Shown here in pieces: positions 28,684 through 40,600 of a DNA stretch of 64,000 bases. Location: positions 1 to 64,000 of the forward strand of contig JAUCBJ010007707.1 in the NCBI GenBank assembly GCA_032718475.1. Direction: 5' to 3'. A program made the translations under genes and the position numbers. Numbering within the stretch: the first letter of the stretch is position 1; each line of letters starts with the position of its first letter. The DNA is from Nemertoderma westbladi. Taxonomy: Eukaryota; Animalia; Xenacoelomorpha. The notes below the pieces were generated by a model. It was not told where the DNA came from, searched no databases, and saw only the letters and a list, made by a program, of their open reading frames with translations.

Positions 28684-29654
28684 TCATCTATGAACTTCCT
28701 GTAGTTCTGGATGCGAGTTGATGAACAAGTCACCATATTCCGGATCTTGACGGATGAAGTTGATCAAGTTATAGGAATTAAGGTCGTTAGGATTAATGTT
28801 CCTGAGGTACTTGCGAACAAATTTGGTTGAAATATTCTCGCCAACACGCTTCATTAGCTCGTAGCTCGGTGTGCGAGATTTTTGCTCAACGGAAGCAAAG
28901 AGATACGGGTGAAACGCATAGACTCTTTCATTGGCACGTCCAGGGTAGTATCGATGACATGACTCGCAATGGAGATCCGCGTTAGCTTCCCAGGCTCGAT
29001 TGTAGCGCAGGGCAACCATTTTGTCTACGCTTTCCAGATCTCGGTTGAAAGGGCAATTGAAACTTGCATGTCCTTTAAACTGGCAATGATGGCATTGAGT
29101 CATAAATCGAGGGCAGACTGCGAAGATGTGTAAGTTATTGAGTCTACAATACGCACAATAGATCTCCATGGTAGGTTGATCTTGAAAGTAGGAGCAGGGT
29201 ACGCTGGAGTCCACCGGGGTGAAGTGGTCTCGTGATGCGCATAATCGGCAACGTTTCCTAGAAACATAATTGGCATGCCGATAATCGTATGCGGTGAGAC
29301 ATTGTGGACTTTGATACCATTCCAGGACGTAGTCGTTGTCACTGCTCCTGGGCGCTGTGGGTTGAATCTCCTCGGACTCTAAGCAAATTGGTTCGTCTTC
29401 CAATTGCATAACTGAGGTAGGTGTAGCTGTCTCCTCAAGCGAACCCACTGTTTGCACTTCCACGATAGAATAACCTGTGGGGATTCGGGGTCTTTGTATG
29501 ACAGAGGAATGTAAGTTCTGTATACAAACGTCCTTGAAAATAGCGAAGCCAGCGCTGTCTAACTTCTCAGCAGCTGAGTCTCTTAGGCTGAGCTTAGTCA
29601 GAGCGCGGTCCTTGAACTGACTATCAACGTTACGGAACGGAGTCAGAAAGCGCC
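28684..29654 (-). CDS. Accessory Cys/His-rich (zinc-knuckle) ORF in the 3' region of element A
   Basis: Contains CHHCQFKGHASFNC (CX2CX4HX4C), CAYCRLNNLHIFAVC and CRLCASRDH...C. The frame stays open upstream of the track start (29463) to about 29660, has no early ATG, and begins at an acceptor-like TTCTAATGCTTTAG. Confidence 0.6.
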
Positions 29655-30492
29655 TAAAGCATTAGAATCGGAGGAATTGATTGTATTCCTATTATGTCTT
29701 CCATTGATGGTAGAGAGCAGGGGAAGGCCTATGTCGTATTCAGAAATATTCAGAAATACGATCTCAGTAGGAGGATTCAACATTCGAAGACCATCTCCAA
29801 ATGAATTTATCCCCAATCACTAAGGGAGGTGAACAACCAGATTTATGACACATAATGGTATCAGTTGTTCACAGACTATTAACGTGTCCTTTCAGTCCTT
29901 GTATCAATGGCCGTGGACTTGAGGAAATTATTGGTGGTTGATTATCTAATCAACAACAAGAGGAGTGGTAGTTGATACTATGAATATCAACACAATGGTA
30001 CATGGGCTGGAGGTGCAGACACCAATATAAGCATCCAGATCAATAGTAAGGGATGGGGAGGTTTAGTAGGAGGCGGTATGATCAATACCACGATACCACT
30101 ATGATTGATCGATCATCTCCCAAAAGCTCCGAGCGCGTTGGGTAGAGAAGATGGGAAGAAGAGGGTTTCTCTATCGACGTCTTGTATCCTCGATAGCGAT
30201 AGATAGAGGGAGAATAGTAGTAGGGAGGAGGAAGGATATGTGGGTAGTATCTATAAGATACCACAATGGACATGTTTTCCTTTTACATCCTTACTCATTC
30301 TTATTCTTTGATTGTGATACTGATCACAATAATTGCAGGAAGAGGATGATGTAAGAGGAAATTACAGCCTCCCGAAGGAGACTGCCTGCGAGCACCCGCG
30401 CCCCGGGGAAAACTATTCACATTATGGACCCTGGACATTAACGTATGGTTTTTCTTCAGCTGGTTCTCCTCTACTTGTCTTTACAAACATTC

Positions 30493-30879
30493 TTACACAT
30501 TCTCTCTTTCGAGTCGGTTTCGAATATAATTTTTGTGTTCTATTCTCAGTTTATCTTTCCGACTCTGCTGGGTATGATATTTAAATAGGATCATTTCCCT
30601 TTCGGTATCTGCATCGTCTGTATCGTGTAAATCGATAGGATGACCAGTAGTTAAGAAGTCCATATACGTACCATTACAATGCGTATAGCGAGCGGTGAAT
30701 TTTCTATAGTCCGATTCATGCGGAAGCTGTTCCTTCGACATTGGCGGTTCGATATAACGGCCATCGTCCTCTGTAGTGGGTTGACTAGCGTCACCGCTTA
30801 TTAAACTATCAACAAACGCTTGAAATGGTAGGGTATATCGCTCCCTGATACCAAGATCATCTTCTATCAACTCCGTCAT
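30493..30879 (-). CDS. Small acidic hypothetical ORF in the 3' region of element A
   Basis: 128-aa ATG ORF. A homolog with the same start (MTELMEDVLGIGERYTL...DDGRYIEPPMS) is in element B at 58075-58379. Confidence 0.45.
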   Translation of the reverse strand: MTELIEDDLGIRERYTLPFQAFVDSLISGDASQPTTEDDGRYIEPPMSKEQLPHESDYRKFTARYTHCNGTYMDFLTTGHPIDLHDTDDADTEREMILFKYHTQQSRKDKLRIEHKNYIRNRLERENV

Positions 30880-32633
30880 AGCTGCTACATGAGTTTATCG
30901 ATATTATAATTAATTATAATTTAGGCTAGCGGTCGTCGCTGCCTCCCCCTCAATGCCCCCGGACAGCGCAAGATCCTCAGCGCTGATGTACTGTCATCGC
31001 TGTGCCACTCACCAACGTAGTAGCTACACAACGACAACAATAACCAGCGCGAGTCACTCCACTGTCCGTCCCAAGGGCTTAGAATTACTTCAGGTTCTTG
31101 CTACAGAGGCAGGGTAACTTTCACAACTGCGACTCGCTACTGTAAACACACTTTAGTAGTAACATTCACCTATAAATGCACAAATTCCATACAACTGTCA
31201 CAAATTATACACATTCGGGCCATTTGTCCGTTAGTCAAGTGCCTTCCAGAATGCCACGTTATTATTATGTATCCCTGGATACTAGCAGTGTGCTATTTAT
31301 TCCGTATGCTATTCAATGGGGCAAGCTTTCTATTGTTCTTTTAACTCGCTTCTAATTCTAGCGTGGTTGTTGCTATGGTGACATTATGGAAAGCTAGCAG
31401 TAGAATTAGGGTAATTCTTATGCATACAGATCTGGGATGCCATTTAATAGTAATTCTTTAATTGTCAATATTCCCCTTTATACATGATTTTATGAATTTT
31501 ATCGGCTATTGACTATACATTGGAGATTCTCTCACACTAATATACTTAATAGGGTGAATCTCCGCTCCCATGATCTATTAATTAATGGAATTTTGGGAAT
31601 GTTATAAATTGTATAAAATGAAAATTTTTCAAATTCATGAGAGGATATGAATTTAAATTTATTCCCAGTAAATTTTATTATTTGACACTAAAATAGACAC
31701 AATTTTATTCCAGAACATGTCTGGGAACTAGGATCCTTAATTCTAGGAAATTTGTCTTTTTAAGAGTATCAGTAAGTGCTACGATATCTTAATCGACTAG
31801 AATTTTAAAGGATCTGAATTTTAACAGATTTTTGATTTATAGATTTTCTTGGTTTACAAACTCCTTAGAGTTTATTTGTCTGCTTTTTACTCTATTATAA
31901 CATTTGTTTTAATAGATTTTATAAATATTTATTAAATATTTAATATTTAAGATGGGCACCTATTTATTCCAGAACATGTCTGGGGGCGTTAACCACTGAT
32001 TCTAGAATTTGTCTTTCAAGTATATCGGTGGGTGCCGCGATATCTTAATCGACTATAATTGCAGATGGTCAAAGGGTTTAAGAGATTTATTTTGCGTTTT
32101 ACGCTACTGTTAAATGGACATCATTCTACTATATGTATAATTTAATATACGGTATGAGAGCAATATTGCAAGAAGCAATGTCAGTGAGAAGAGGCAAATC
32201 GTTTCCAAGGTCTACCCAGAGCTTGGTTTAGCCGAGACACGAGGATCTGAACTTTGCATTCCTAATACTCTACTTACCAATAATACTTGAGTATAGTAGG
32301 GGCGGTATTGTACTTTTAATAAGTATGGACATTTCATCTTACTGTAGTCACGTATTTATAATATGATACGGAAGAGAGAAGAGGGAAGAGAGAAGGAAAG
32401 AGAAAAAAGAATTATTTCTCGCCATTAAACTAAATATATAATGTTAAGTAATTAAGTAATAAACACGAATATATATATTGCACTAATCTACTAAATAATC
32501 GCTAAAATAATATTCTACTAAATAAAATTAAAGAAAGCGATTATAATAAAATTACATAATAATACATACATAATATAAAAATAATAAAAAACAGATATAA
32601 AATAATGTAGTCACACACCCACTCCAGAGGCTG

Positions 32634-34680
32634 TTATGTTGGGGAGTCCATAGATGTTTGTTGGATTAGGGAGGTGGTCGTGGGAAGAGTATCTTGCCTT
32701 CCATAGTTTCCGGATAGTTCTCTGTCTCTTTCCAGTAAACATAAACGACCAACTGGGCGATTGAGTTGTTGTGTTTTGAATACAATTCCAGGTTTCTTAA
32801 AGTTACGTCGCATGACGACGAGTTCTACCGATCGCACTAAACCATTATCGGATATATGAGTCTCAATGATACGACCTGTCTGCCACCGCTTTAGTGGAAG
32901 ATCTGATTCCACAATAAGGACCATGTCTCCGGCGCTGACGTTTTCTTGCTGCGCAAACCACTTTGTTCGAAGTTGTAGCGTAGGGAGATAATGTTTTTCA
33001 AAATGGTCAGCGAAACGACGGGATAATAACTGCATAAGTTACCAAGTTTGTCGGCAGTATTCATCTCCGTCCGTGATTTCCGATTGCGAGAGCATGGCTA
33101 CAGGTTTCTTTCGTAGGAAATGCGCGGGTGTTAGCGCTTCTAGGGAGTCGGGACTCGATGAGACTGGCATAAGCGGTCTCTCGTTAAGATAGGCGGCGAT
33201 TTCTTCCATTAACGTCCGCAAAAGTTCGTCGGTGAAATACGTGCAGCAAGGCACTATAAAGTGAAATGCGGTCTTCACGCTCCGTATTAATCTCTCCCAA
33301 CTTCCTCCCCACCAAGGGGTGTCGGCGGCGTTGAAGGTCCAGCTAGATGCTGTTACCCTTAGCTGATCGTCCACCTGTCTTTGGTTCCAACCTTTCACGT
33401 AAGCTTTGATCTCATTATTGGCGCCAATGAAGTTCGTTCCCTTGTCGGATCTCATCGTGTTGCTAGGTCCAAAACGAGCGATCTGTCGGCGTAAACTCAG
33501 TATGAAGCTGTTGGTAGATAGATCGTTCACCATATCTAGATGGATCGCTCTACAAGTCATACAGACAAAGATGACACACCATCGCTTGACTATAGTCCTA
33601 GCACGATATACCTCAATAGGGCCAAATAAATCCACACCAGTATTAGTAAAGGGTGGTTCATAGAAGCTTACTCGTTCCCTAGGTAATTCTGCCTCTCGCT
33701 GTGTTAAAGGCCTACTGAATGCTTTCCTACAGGGTATACAGTTCCTAAGAACTTGGTTCAGAGCTCTACGGGGCTTATGGAAATAATAGCGAGTTCGAAT
33801 TTCGCTAAGAACTCGTTCTCTACCAGCATGGTAAAGCCTACTGTGAACATCTACAATCATCTTGATTTGTATTTCAAGATTTCTAATGATTATGGGAAAC
33901 TTAGTGTCAAAGGATAATGGAGCATTAGTTAATCTCCCTCCGACACGTATTAACCCATCTATCATTGTGCTAGAGAAACGATCCCTTAAGCGCATCTGTG
34001 GATTTCTCAACAACAGGAAATACTTATCGGAATCTTCATAGCATTGCAGGAGTCTCAGTATCTGCTTATTGGTTTCTTCATGCTCTTGGTAACTGATCTT
34101 CTCCGTCAGAAACCTATCCGACACTTTGTAAGTGGGCAGATCTTTAATAGCATGGACCTTTTCGGATATTGTTGGAGCGGTATCATTAGCGATCTTCGTC
34201 CTGGAATAGTGATGATGGAAACATCTTTTCAGATACACGACGGCCTTACAAAGCCAATTCCAGGAGCTATAATGATGTATTGCTCTCTGCAGGAGCGGTG
34301 AGAGTCCTTGAGCGATGTCTGGTGTTCCAGATTTCCAGTCTCTTTCTCTGATTTCTACAACAGATTTGTTCATGGTAGGGGAGTTTAGATCCACAGCGTC
34401 ATCTCCGGAGATGTTTAGTACAGACAGATCTATCACGGGTTTAAATAACTTTGATTTACTCGTCCGGGTTTTAGGTTTGACTTTCTCCGCTCCCTTGGCT
34501 TGTCTAATCTCAGCCGTGGTAAGATGAGGAGGCCATTCATCCTCTTCTTTACTCAGGAAGTTGGGTCCACCTAACCAGTCTGGAGTATCTATCAGTTCTT
34601 GAGGAGTTGCTCCTCTAGAGGCGATGTCGGCTGGATTAATCGTCCCAGGGCAATGTCTCCATTGATCTACATTAGAGCGA
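32634..34680 (-). pseudogene. pol 3' part of element A: RNase H end, integrase and C-terminal BEL domain
   Basis: QWRHCPGTINPADIASRG; HHCC motif (H..LYHAG...CIPC); TGVDLFGP, RSDKGTNF, GGSWERLIRSVK; LNERPL. An in-frame stop at 33039 precedes the GDMVLI...WQTGRI...RPVGRLC tail. Confidence 0.9.
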
Positions 34681-34898
34681 CTAAGTATAATGGCTACTCT
34701 GTTGGTAACGAAGACGCGGTAGTTGCGCGATTCGTTTTTCCACTAAAGGTCGGTTATTTATAAAGTTGGGTTCTCGCCGTCTGAACGGAATACCAATCTC
34801 ATAGTGACCTTCGTCTTTCAGATAACGAGTTGTCGTTTCCTGAATCTGCTTGGCTCTCTCTTCCTCGACGGACAAAGCTTTGTCGTAGGAATTAGGCT

Positions 34899-37800
34899 CT
34901 ATGGCTTCTTGAGTAAAGAATCGTACGGCATGTTATCACGGATTTTATTGTTGTATCGATCTATCACTTCGTTTAATTCGTCATTATATGTGAATTGTCC
35001 GCCATATTGATCGATGAGATGGTACAAGTTTACTTGGTTTATCCAAGTTTGATTCTCGGTGAGGAGGTCGATTGTATTTTCCTCATCATATAATTGGTTA
35101 ATATCGTCATTATCTGAGGAGTATGGTGTTCCCTCAGTTGTGGTTTCTCCCTCACTGATTTCTTCTTCCCATTCACTCACCTGATGTATCCTCTCATTAG
35201 GGAGTCTTTCCATTAGGGTTCTACGGGAAGGTCTAGTGAAGTACCAACCTACTCTCATTCTTCCCGCGTAAGTTTGTAATGGTTGCGGTCGAGCAGGCCG
35301 TTTTTCTAATGTCTCCAGCGCTTCGTGCGCATTTTGGCCGATTAATATCTGCACCCCTGGGTAATCGGTGTTGAATCTAGGGATATCATGTTGCTGGGTA
35401 AAATGGTCTTCATCCCAGTTGTAAGGCTCCACTTGGCTAGTAGCAAAGGTCTTTATAGCCACCATTTTTACCGACCTTACGCTATGTTCTCCTAGTTCAT
35501 CCTGGGGAGTGGACAACGCACCCACGTAGTAATCTGTAGCTACTGTGGATTTCCAAACCTGCATAATTCCTGAAAGGTTCAACTTAGTTCGGAACTTAGG
35601 TTGTCCAGCAAAGATGTCTTCGGCTAGTTCTTTGTCAATGAAAGTACCTGTGCTGCCGGAGTCAAGAAGGGCGTTTACTATGAGGCTCTTCCCTACACCG
35701 TGGACTCTCAGTTGCACCACAGGGAATTCCCGGATTCCGACGGAGGAAGTTGGCGCTTTCCAAGATGGTTGTCGGTCCGGAATAGTCAGTCGAGGATCTT
35801 CATTGTCGGTTTCAGTCTCATACGTAAGTGCTCGATACACCGCGGTGTTTATCATGTAACAGGATTCATTTTCGTCGGAGAATTCGTCTGTGTAGAATCC
35901 TTTCATCTTAGAGCTGTGGTCAGTGTTGTTCACATCACTGAATTGGACATGTAGTTCGGGCTCACTTACCTGACTCGTGCAGGTTCTGTCAAATTCTGTG
36001 TGCAGCAAGATATGATGTTTCGCGCCACACTTAGCAGACCTAGCATCTGAGTAACAGGTCCGCCGTTGGTGTCCTCGTCTGAGACAATTATAACACAACC
36101 GCTTATCCCACATGACATCACGTCTATCCTTTAGGGATTTCTTCAAGAATTCATCACACCCACTCAAGCGATGTGGCCTGTCACACAATGCACATTTGGG
36201 TTTGATGATACTTACATTAACCTGTGTTGTGTTGTGCACACTTGTTCTTTCCTCGGGCTTTCTTCCATGAATTCTCTTAGGAGACGTAGGAGGAGTTGTT
36301 ACCTGTTCTATCCTGTCACTGGTTCGAGACTTAGATTTACTTACGTCTTTCCGAGTTTTATTGACATAATAAGATCTTTCGGTGTCTTTCCCGCTGTTCT
36401 CCTCGTATGAGGTTTGGCTTTCGCCGTCGTCTGTATAACACACTGGTGTTACCTTTCTCCTAGAAACAGGTTTTTCACTCACCTGACTTTCCGGTGTCTT
36501 CTCTCTGGACTGCTTTAGGAGCTGTAATCTTACCTCTCCATTTAAAAATGACATGAGGTCAGCCATGGTAGGGTCCCTTTGTTGCTGGTCGATCATATAA
36601 AGAACCTTTTTGTCCCAACGAGTGCCTACTCCACCCTTTGGCAAAGTAGATGCTACGGCTCCAACAACCATAGAACTCTGATATTCTTGAGACTTACCTA
36701 GCCAATCCAGCTGTCTACAGATCTCCTGAATCTCATCGGAAAACTCTATAATCCTGCTGCTAAGAAACTTTCGGGGCGCTACTAATTTCGCATACAAATA
36801 CCTAGCTATGTTAGTCCTATTACCATACCTGATGTTTAGTGTATCCCAAACTTGTCTTAATCCATCTGGATGTCCAATAAACTTTAACGCCATTAACTTG
36901 GGAGGTCCTTCCAGGCACTCGATGAGGAATCTAAGTTTCTCTCCGTTGGATAGTACAGAGTTCTGTATGTTATCTTTATAATATTCATTAAAAGGTAACC
37001 ATTTCATCTCATCTCCATTGAACTTGACGACCTCTCCCACCTTTACCGCTTGACGGGCTTCAGTTCTAGCCATTTGACGTGTAAAACTTTCTTGAGCCAT
37101 CGTATTATTTAATATCGAGTTATCGGTATATAGATTTCTCGGATTATGATCAGATCTGTATCTGGGATATCATTATCAAAGGGTTTATAATTACCCTTAA
37201 TAGGGTTTACTATAGGAGTTTCTACTTCACTAGCAGTATAGATGTGTGTAGGCTCCACAGCTTGCGCATGAAATACTTCAGACCTAACAGGTTGACACAT
37301 TGTTACAGGGGGTGGTGGTATACCCATTTGTATATTTACTAATTTATCGCGCTCTAAAGCGATACTTTGTTGCACTTCTTGTAACTCTAACCTACTCTCT
37401 CTCACTGTTCCCTTTAACTGCTGAACAGTCCCTTCCAACTCTCGAACCTGCTGGGTAGAAAGGCGTTTATGTTCTTCTAGCTGCCCAAGCAGGCGATTCA
37501 TCCCCCGCTGTCCCTCGTCCACCCACTCAACCGCTGCGGCGGGAGCCGCCAACGTGGTAGCTGGGTGACACGTGGGGACAACGGGAGACAAGTCATTTAT
37601 GTCTTGCTCGGCGTCCAGGAACGGGAGTGATTCAGGGGCTAGTCTACTGGGCACAGGTATTTTAGTGCTTTGGAAAGGGAATTTAGAGTTAGGTTCTGGA
37701 AGTACAGGTGTCTCTATCACAGAGGGAGTGGCTTCGAGGACAGGCCTAATTATTTCAGGCTCATCTACTATAGTAGGGAGTCTTCTACTCTAATAATTTG

Positions 37801-39470
37801 GTCTGTAGGCTCAGGATTACTTAAATCTACACTAGCTAGTTGCATTCTCACAGCTGGAGGCAAAATAGGCAATTTCTGACGGTGTGGCGTTCTTCTACGT
37901 CCTCTAGAACGAGATATATTTCCTCTACCTTCAGGATCTGTTGTATCGCCTTCATCAGAGGATGTAAATCCCTGTCTCATGGGAGTAGATCGACTTAGCA
38001 GCTGCATCTGAGTAGCTGTTCTCTGTTTATTTAAGTAATCTTGCTTCGCTTGAAGATTTTCCAACTCTAGTTGGGTTGTCTCTTCAGATGCTCGTCTTTC
38101 TGCTTCAGCCACTGCTGCTTTTCTTTCAGATTCTGCCGCTGCCGCTGCCGCTTTCCTTTCAGATTCTGCCGCTGCCGCGGTGCCGCTTTTCTTTCAACCT
38201 CTGCCACTTTCCTTTCAGATTCTGCCGCGACCGCTGCCACTTTTCTTTCAGCCTCTGCCGCTTTCCTTTCAGATTCTGCCACGACCGCTGCCGCTTTCCT
38301 TTCAGATTCTGCCGCGGTCGCTGACCTTCGGTCTTCTATTTGCTTTTTCTTTAGCTGCTCTTCTTGGTCCATAGCGATGAGGATGCTTTCACCAAATTTA
38401 GCCTGTTCTGCGGCTAATATTTCTGCATCTAACGAGTCCAACACAAATTTGGCTCCCTCACTATTAGGGTGAAGTCCAGCTAGCCGTCTCCTTAACTCTT
38501 TGTCACCTATAAATTGTTGATAGTCCAACAGATAGATGTCAATAGCATCCTTCTTCTGAGGTTTCTCGGATGTAAATTCGCCTTCCACCTGAGAAAAGGT
38601 AGCGTCTGTTGATTCTCCATGGGTCATGCGCTCGGTTAGCTGAGCTTTCCATTGTGTCGTTCCCTGGACTTTAAGAATCACCCGTTGGAACCAAGTTTTT
38701 ACGGTCACTTGTAACGACGTGTCTTGGCTCCTCTTCGAGGCTTCCTCAAAGGCCGAAAGGATTAGTCTGATCCGTAAAATTCGTTCTCGCACTTGATAAA
38801 GCAGCTCTCCCTGCTCTTGAGGTCCTTGACGTTGTTGAAATAGGTGTTCTTCTAATCGCTCCAAAGAACTGAAGAATCCCTGGACATATCCTGCTGCCGA
38901 CCTCTTCCACACAGCTGGATCTCGAGTGTCCCTTACTACTCCCATCCTGTATAAGTCCTCCCAGGCAGCTTCCGATAAGTTAAACGGGAGACCGGGTCCG
39001 GGGAAGTTCCATTGCGCCTCGACAATAGACCTTAATTCCTCCATCGTGTATCCCGCATAACTGTCCCTGGTCGATCGCTTACTTCTCACCCAATCTATTT
39101 GATGTTCTTCCACAGCAATCAATACTCTAGTGAGTAAGGCTCCAGGAAGAATTAGAAGTGGATCTGGATAAACCGCTTCTGCCATCCTTGCTCCGATCTC
39201 GGGCGTCAACTCTACAGTATCTGAACTACTAGAGTTATCGTGCTGTTGAGAAATAAGTTCTCGGCTCGGGTGCTGCTGCTGTTTAACAGCTGCCTCTTGG
39301 TTCCGCTTAACTTGAGCCCTAGTGCCTATGATAGACCTATGGTGCTTTACTAGCCTAGGGTGTGATACTACTACTGTAGGGATTACCTTTCTTACAGTAG
39401 GAGGGGACTTGGTTTGAAAACAATAAAGCAGTAGTAAGTAAGTTGCATTGTCCAGATAAGAAAATACCAC
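34899..39470 (-). pseudogene. gag-protease of element A, broken into four ORF pieces
   Basis: Colinear with the continuous ORF of element B. BEL-type Gag core (KFNGDEMKWLPF...EKLRFLIECLEG), triple zinc knuckle (CALCDRPH, CYNCLRRGH, KCGAKHH) and aspartic protease LLDSGS. Confidence 0.9.
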
Positions 39471-40414
39471 CGTCTGACGACTTATAGTCTTAGCTCTATA
39501 AGTACTACGTTATGTACCCGGAGTATCCTTACCTAGAGGTTAATTACCGAAGCCAACCAGAGTTAACGTGCCTATTAACCACGTTACAACACAAATATAC
39601 TGCCTACACACTAAATTACTTTCGGAAAGCACTGTACTCTAAACCCTAAATTAGGTACAAGTACTTATACAACAAATAACCAGCAGTTAAATATACTTGA
39701 ACAGCCAAAAGAACCACGGTATCTGCTGGAGTGACCGGAGCACAAAATCACCAGTCTGTACCTACACCAAGCAGCCATGATGTAGTACCGAGGTTAATTT
39801 AACTATTACGGTATGTATAACAAGCACAATTACTGTAGGAATAAACTTGGGGAATTGGAGGTTGCGAATACTCGCATAGACTCTGAATAATAAATATTAC
39901 GCTACCCGTGCAGACTATTCAAATAAAATACAGACCAAATGCTGGCAGACTACTGTCAAGCCTAAATAAACTACAGTATATGCAGACTCCGAAATGGTTA
40001 GTTAGTAGGCGTTCTAACTGAGTAGTACAACTTATTCTTTCGGGGGGGATTTACCTTACAGCACTGGATGCCCCCACCTTCCTAACTAGCACTTTATCGG
40101 ACAGACACTCTACACACACTGCAATCCCTTCAGACCTAACAACAGTTAGACAACAATTCGGCCTACAAATTATTTGTACAATCTGAGCAGGCTTACACGC
40201 CTTCTGCTCAATATTACACTTACAGATAAATAAAACTGACAGATATAAGTAAAATCCCAATAAAAAACCAGGGCTGCAGTCCCCGATTAAATATCAAGAC
40301 CTACTGGTATATAATTATCACAATCGAAATAATACTGCTGTACTTGCCTGTAAGTACCGGTTCGGGTGGTTAGGCAGTTAGGCCTACAACTTACCGTCCG
40401 ACCGGTACATTCGA

Positions 40415-40600
40415 CTTTATTGCCTACGGTGCAATAAAGAAACTAGTAAAATCTATTATTGTTCTTACCAGAACAATAGACAAAATATTTATTGCCTACT
40501 GTGCAATCAAGAGTGTAAATCTAATATTGTTCTTACCAGAACAATAGGCAAAATATTTATTGCCTACTGTGCAATCAAGAGTGTAAATCTATTATTGTTC
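40415..40600. repeat. About 68-bp tandem triplication with internal hairpins next to the 5' LTR of element A
   Basis: TTTATTGCCTAC.GTGCAAT...AAATCTATTATTGTTC occurs three times. Junction palindrome TATTGTTCTTACCAGAACAATA. Confidence 0.85.

Noticed and set aside
28235-30879. env gene in the 3' region of element A
   Set aside because: No signal peptide, transmembrane anchor or long glycoprotein-like ORF is visible.
38071-38472. Antisense Cys/Leu/Pro-rich ORFs here and at 52490-52798
   Set aside because: They are shadows of the low-complexity Ala-rich gag repeats.
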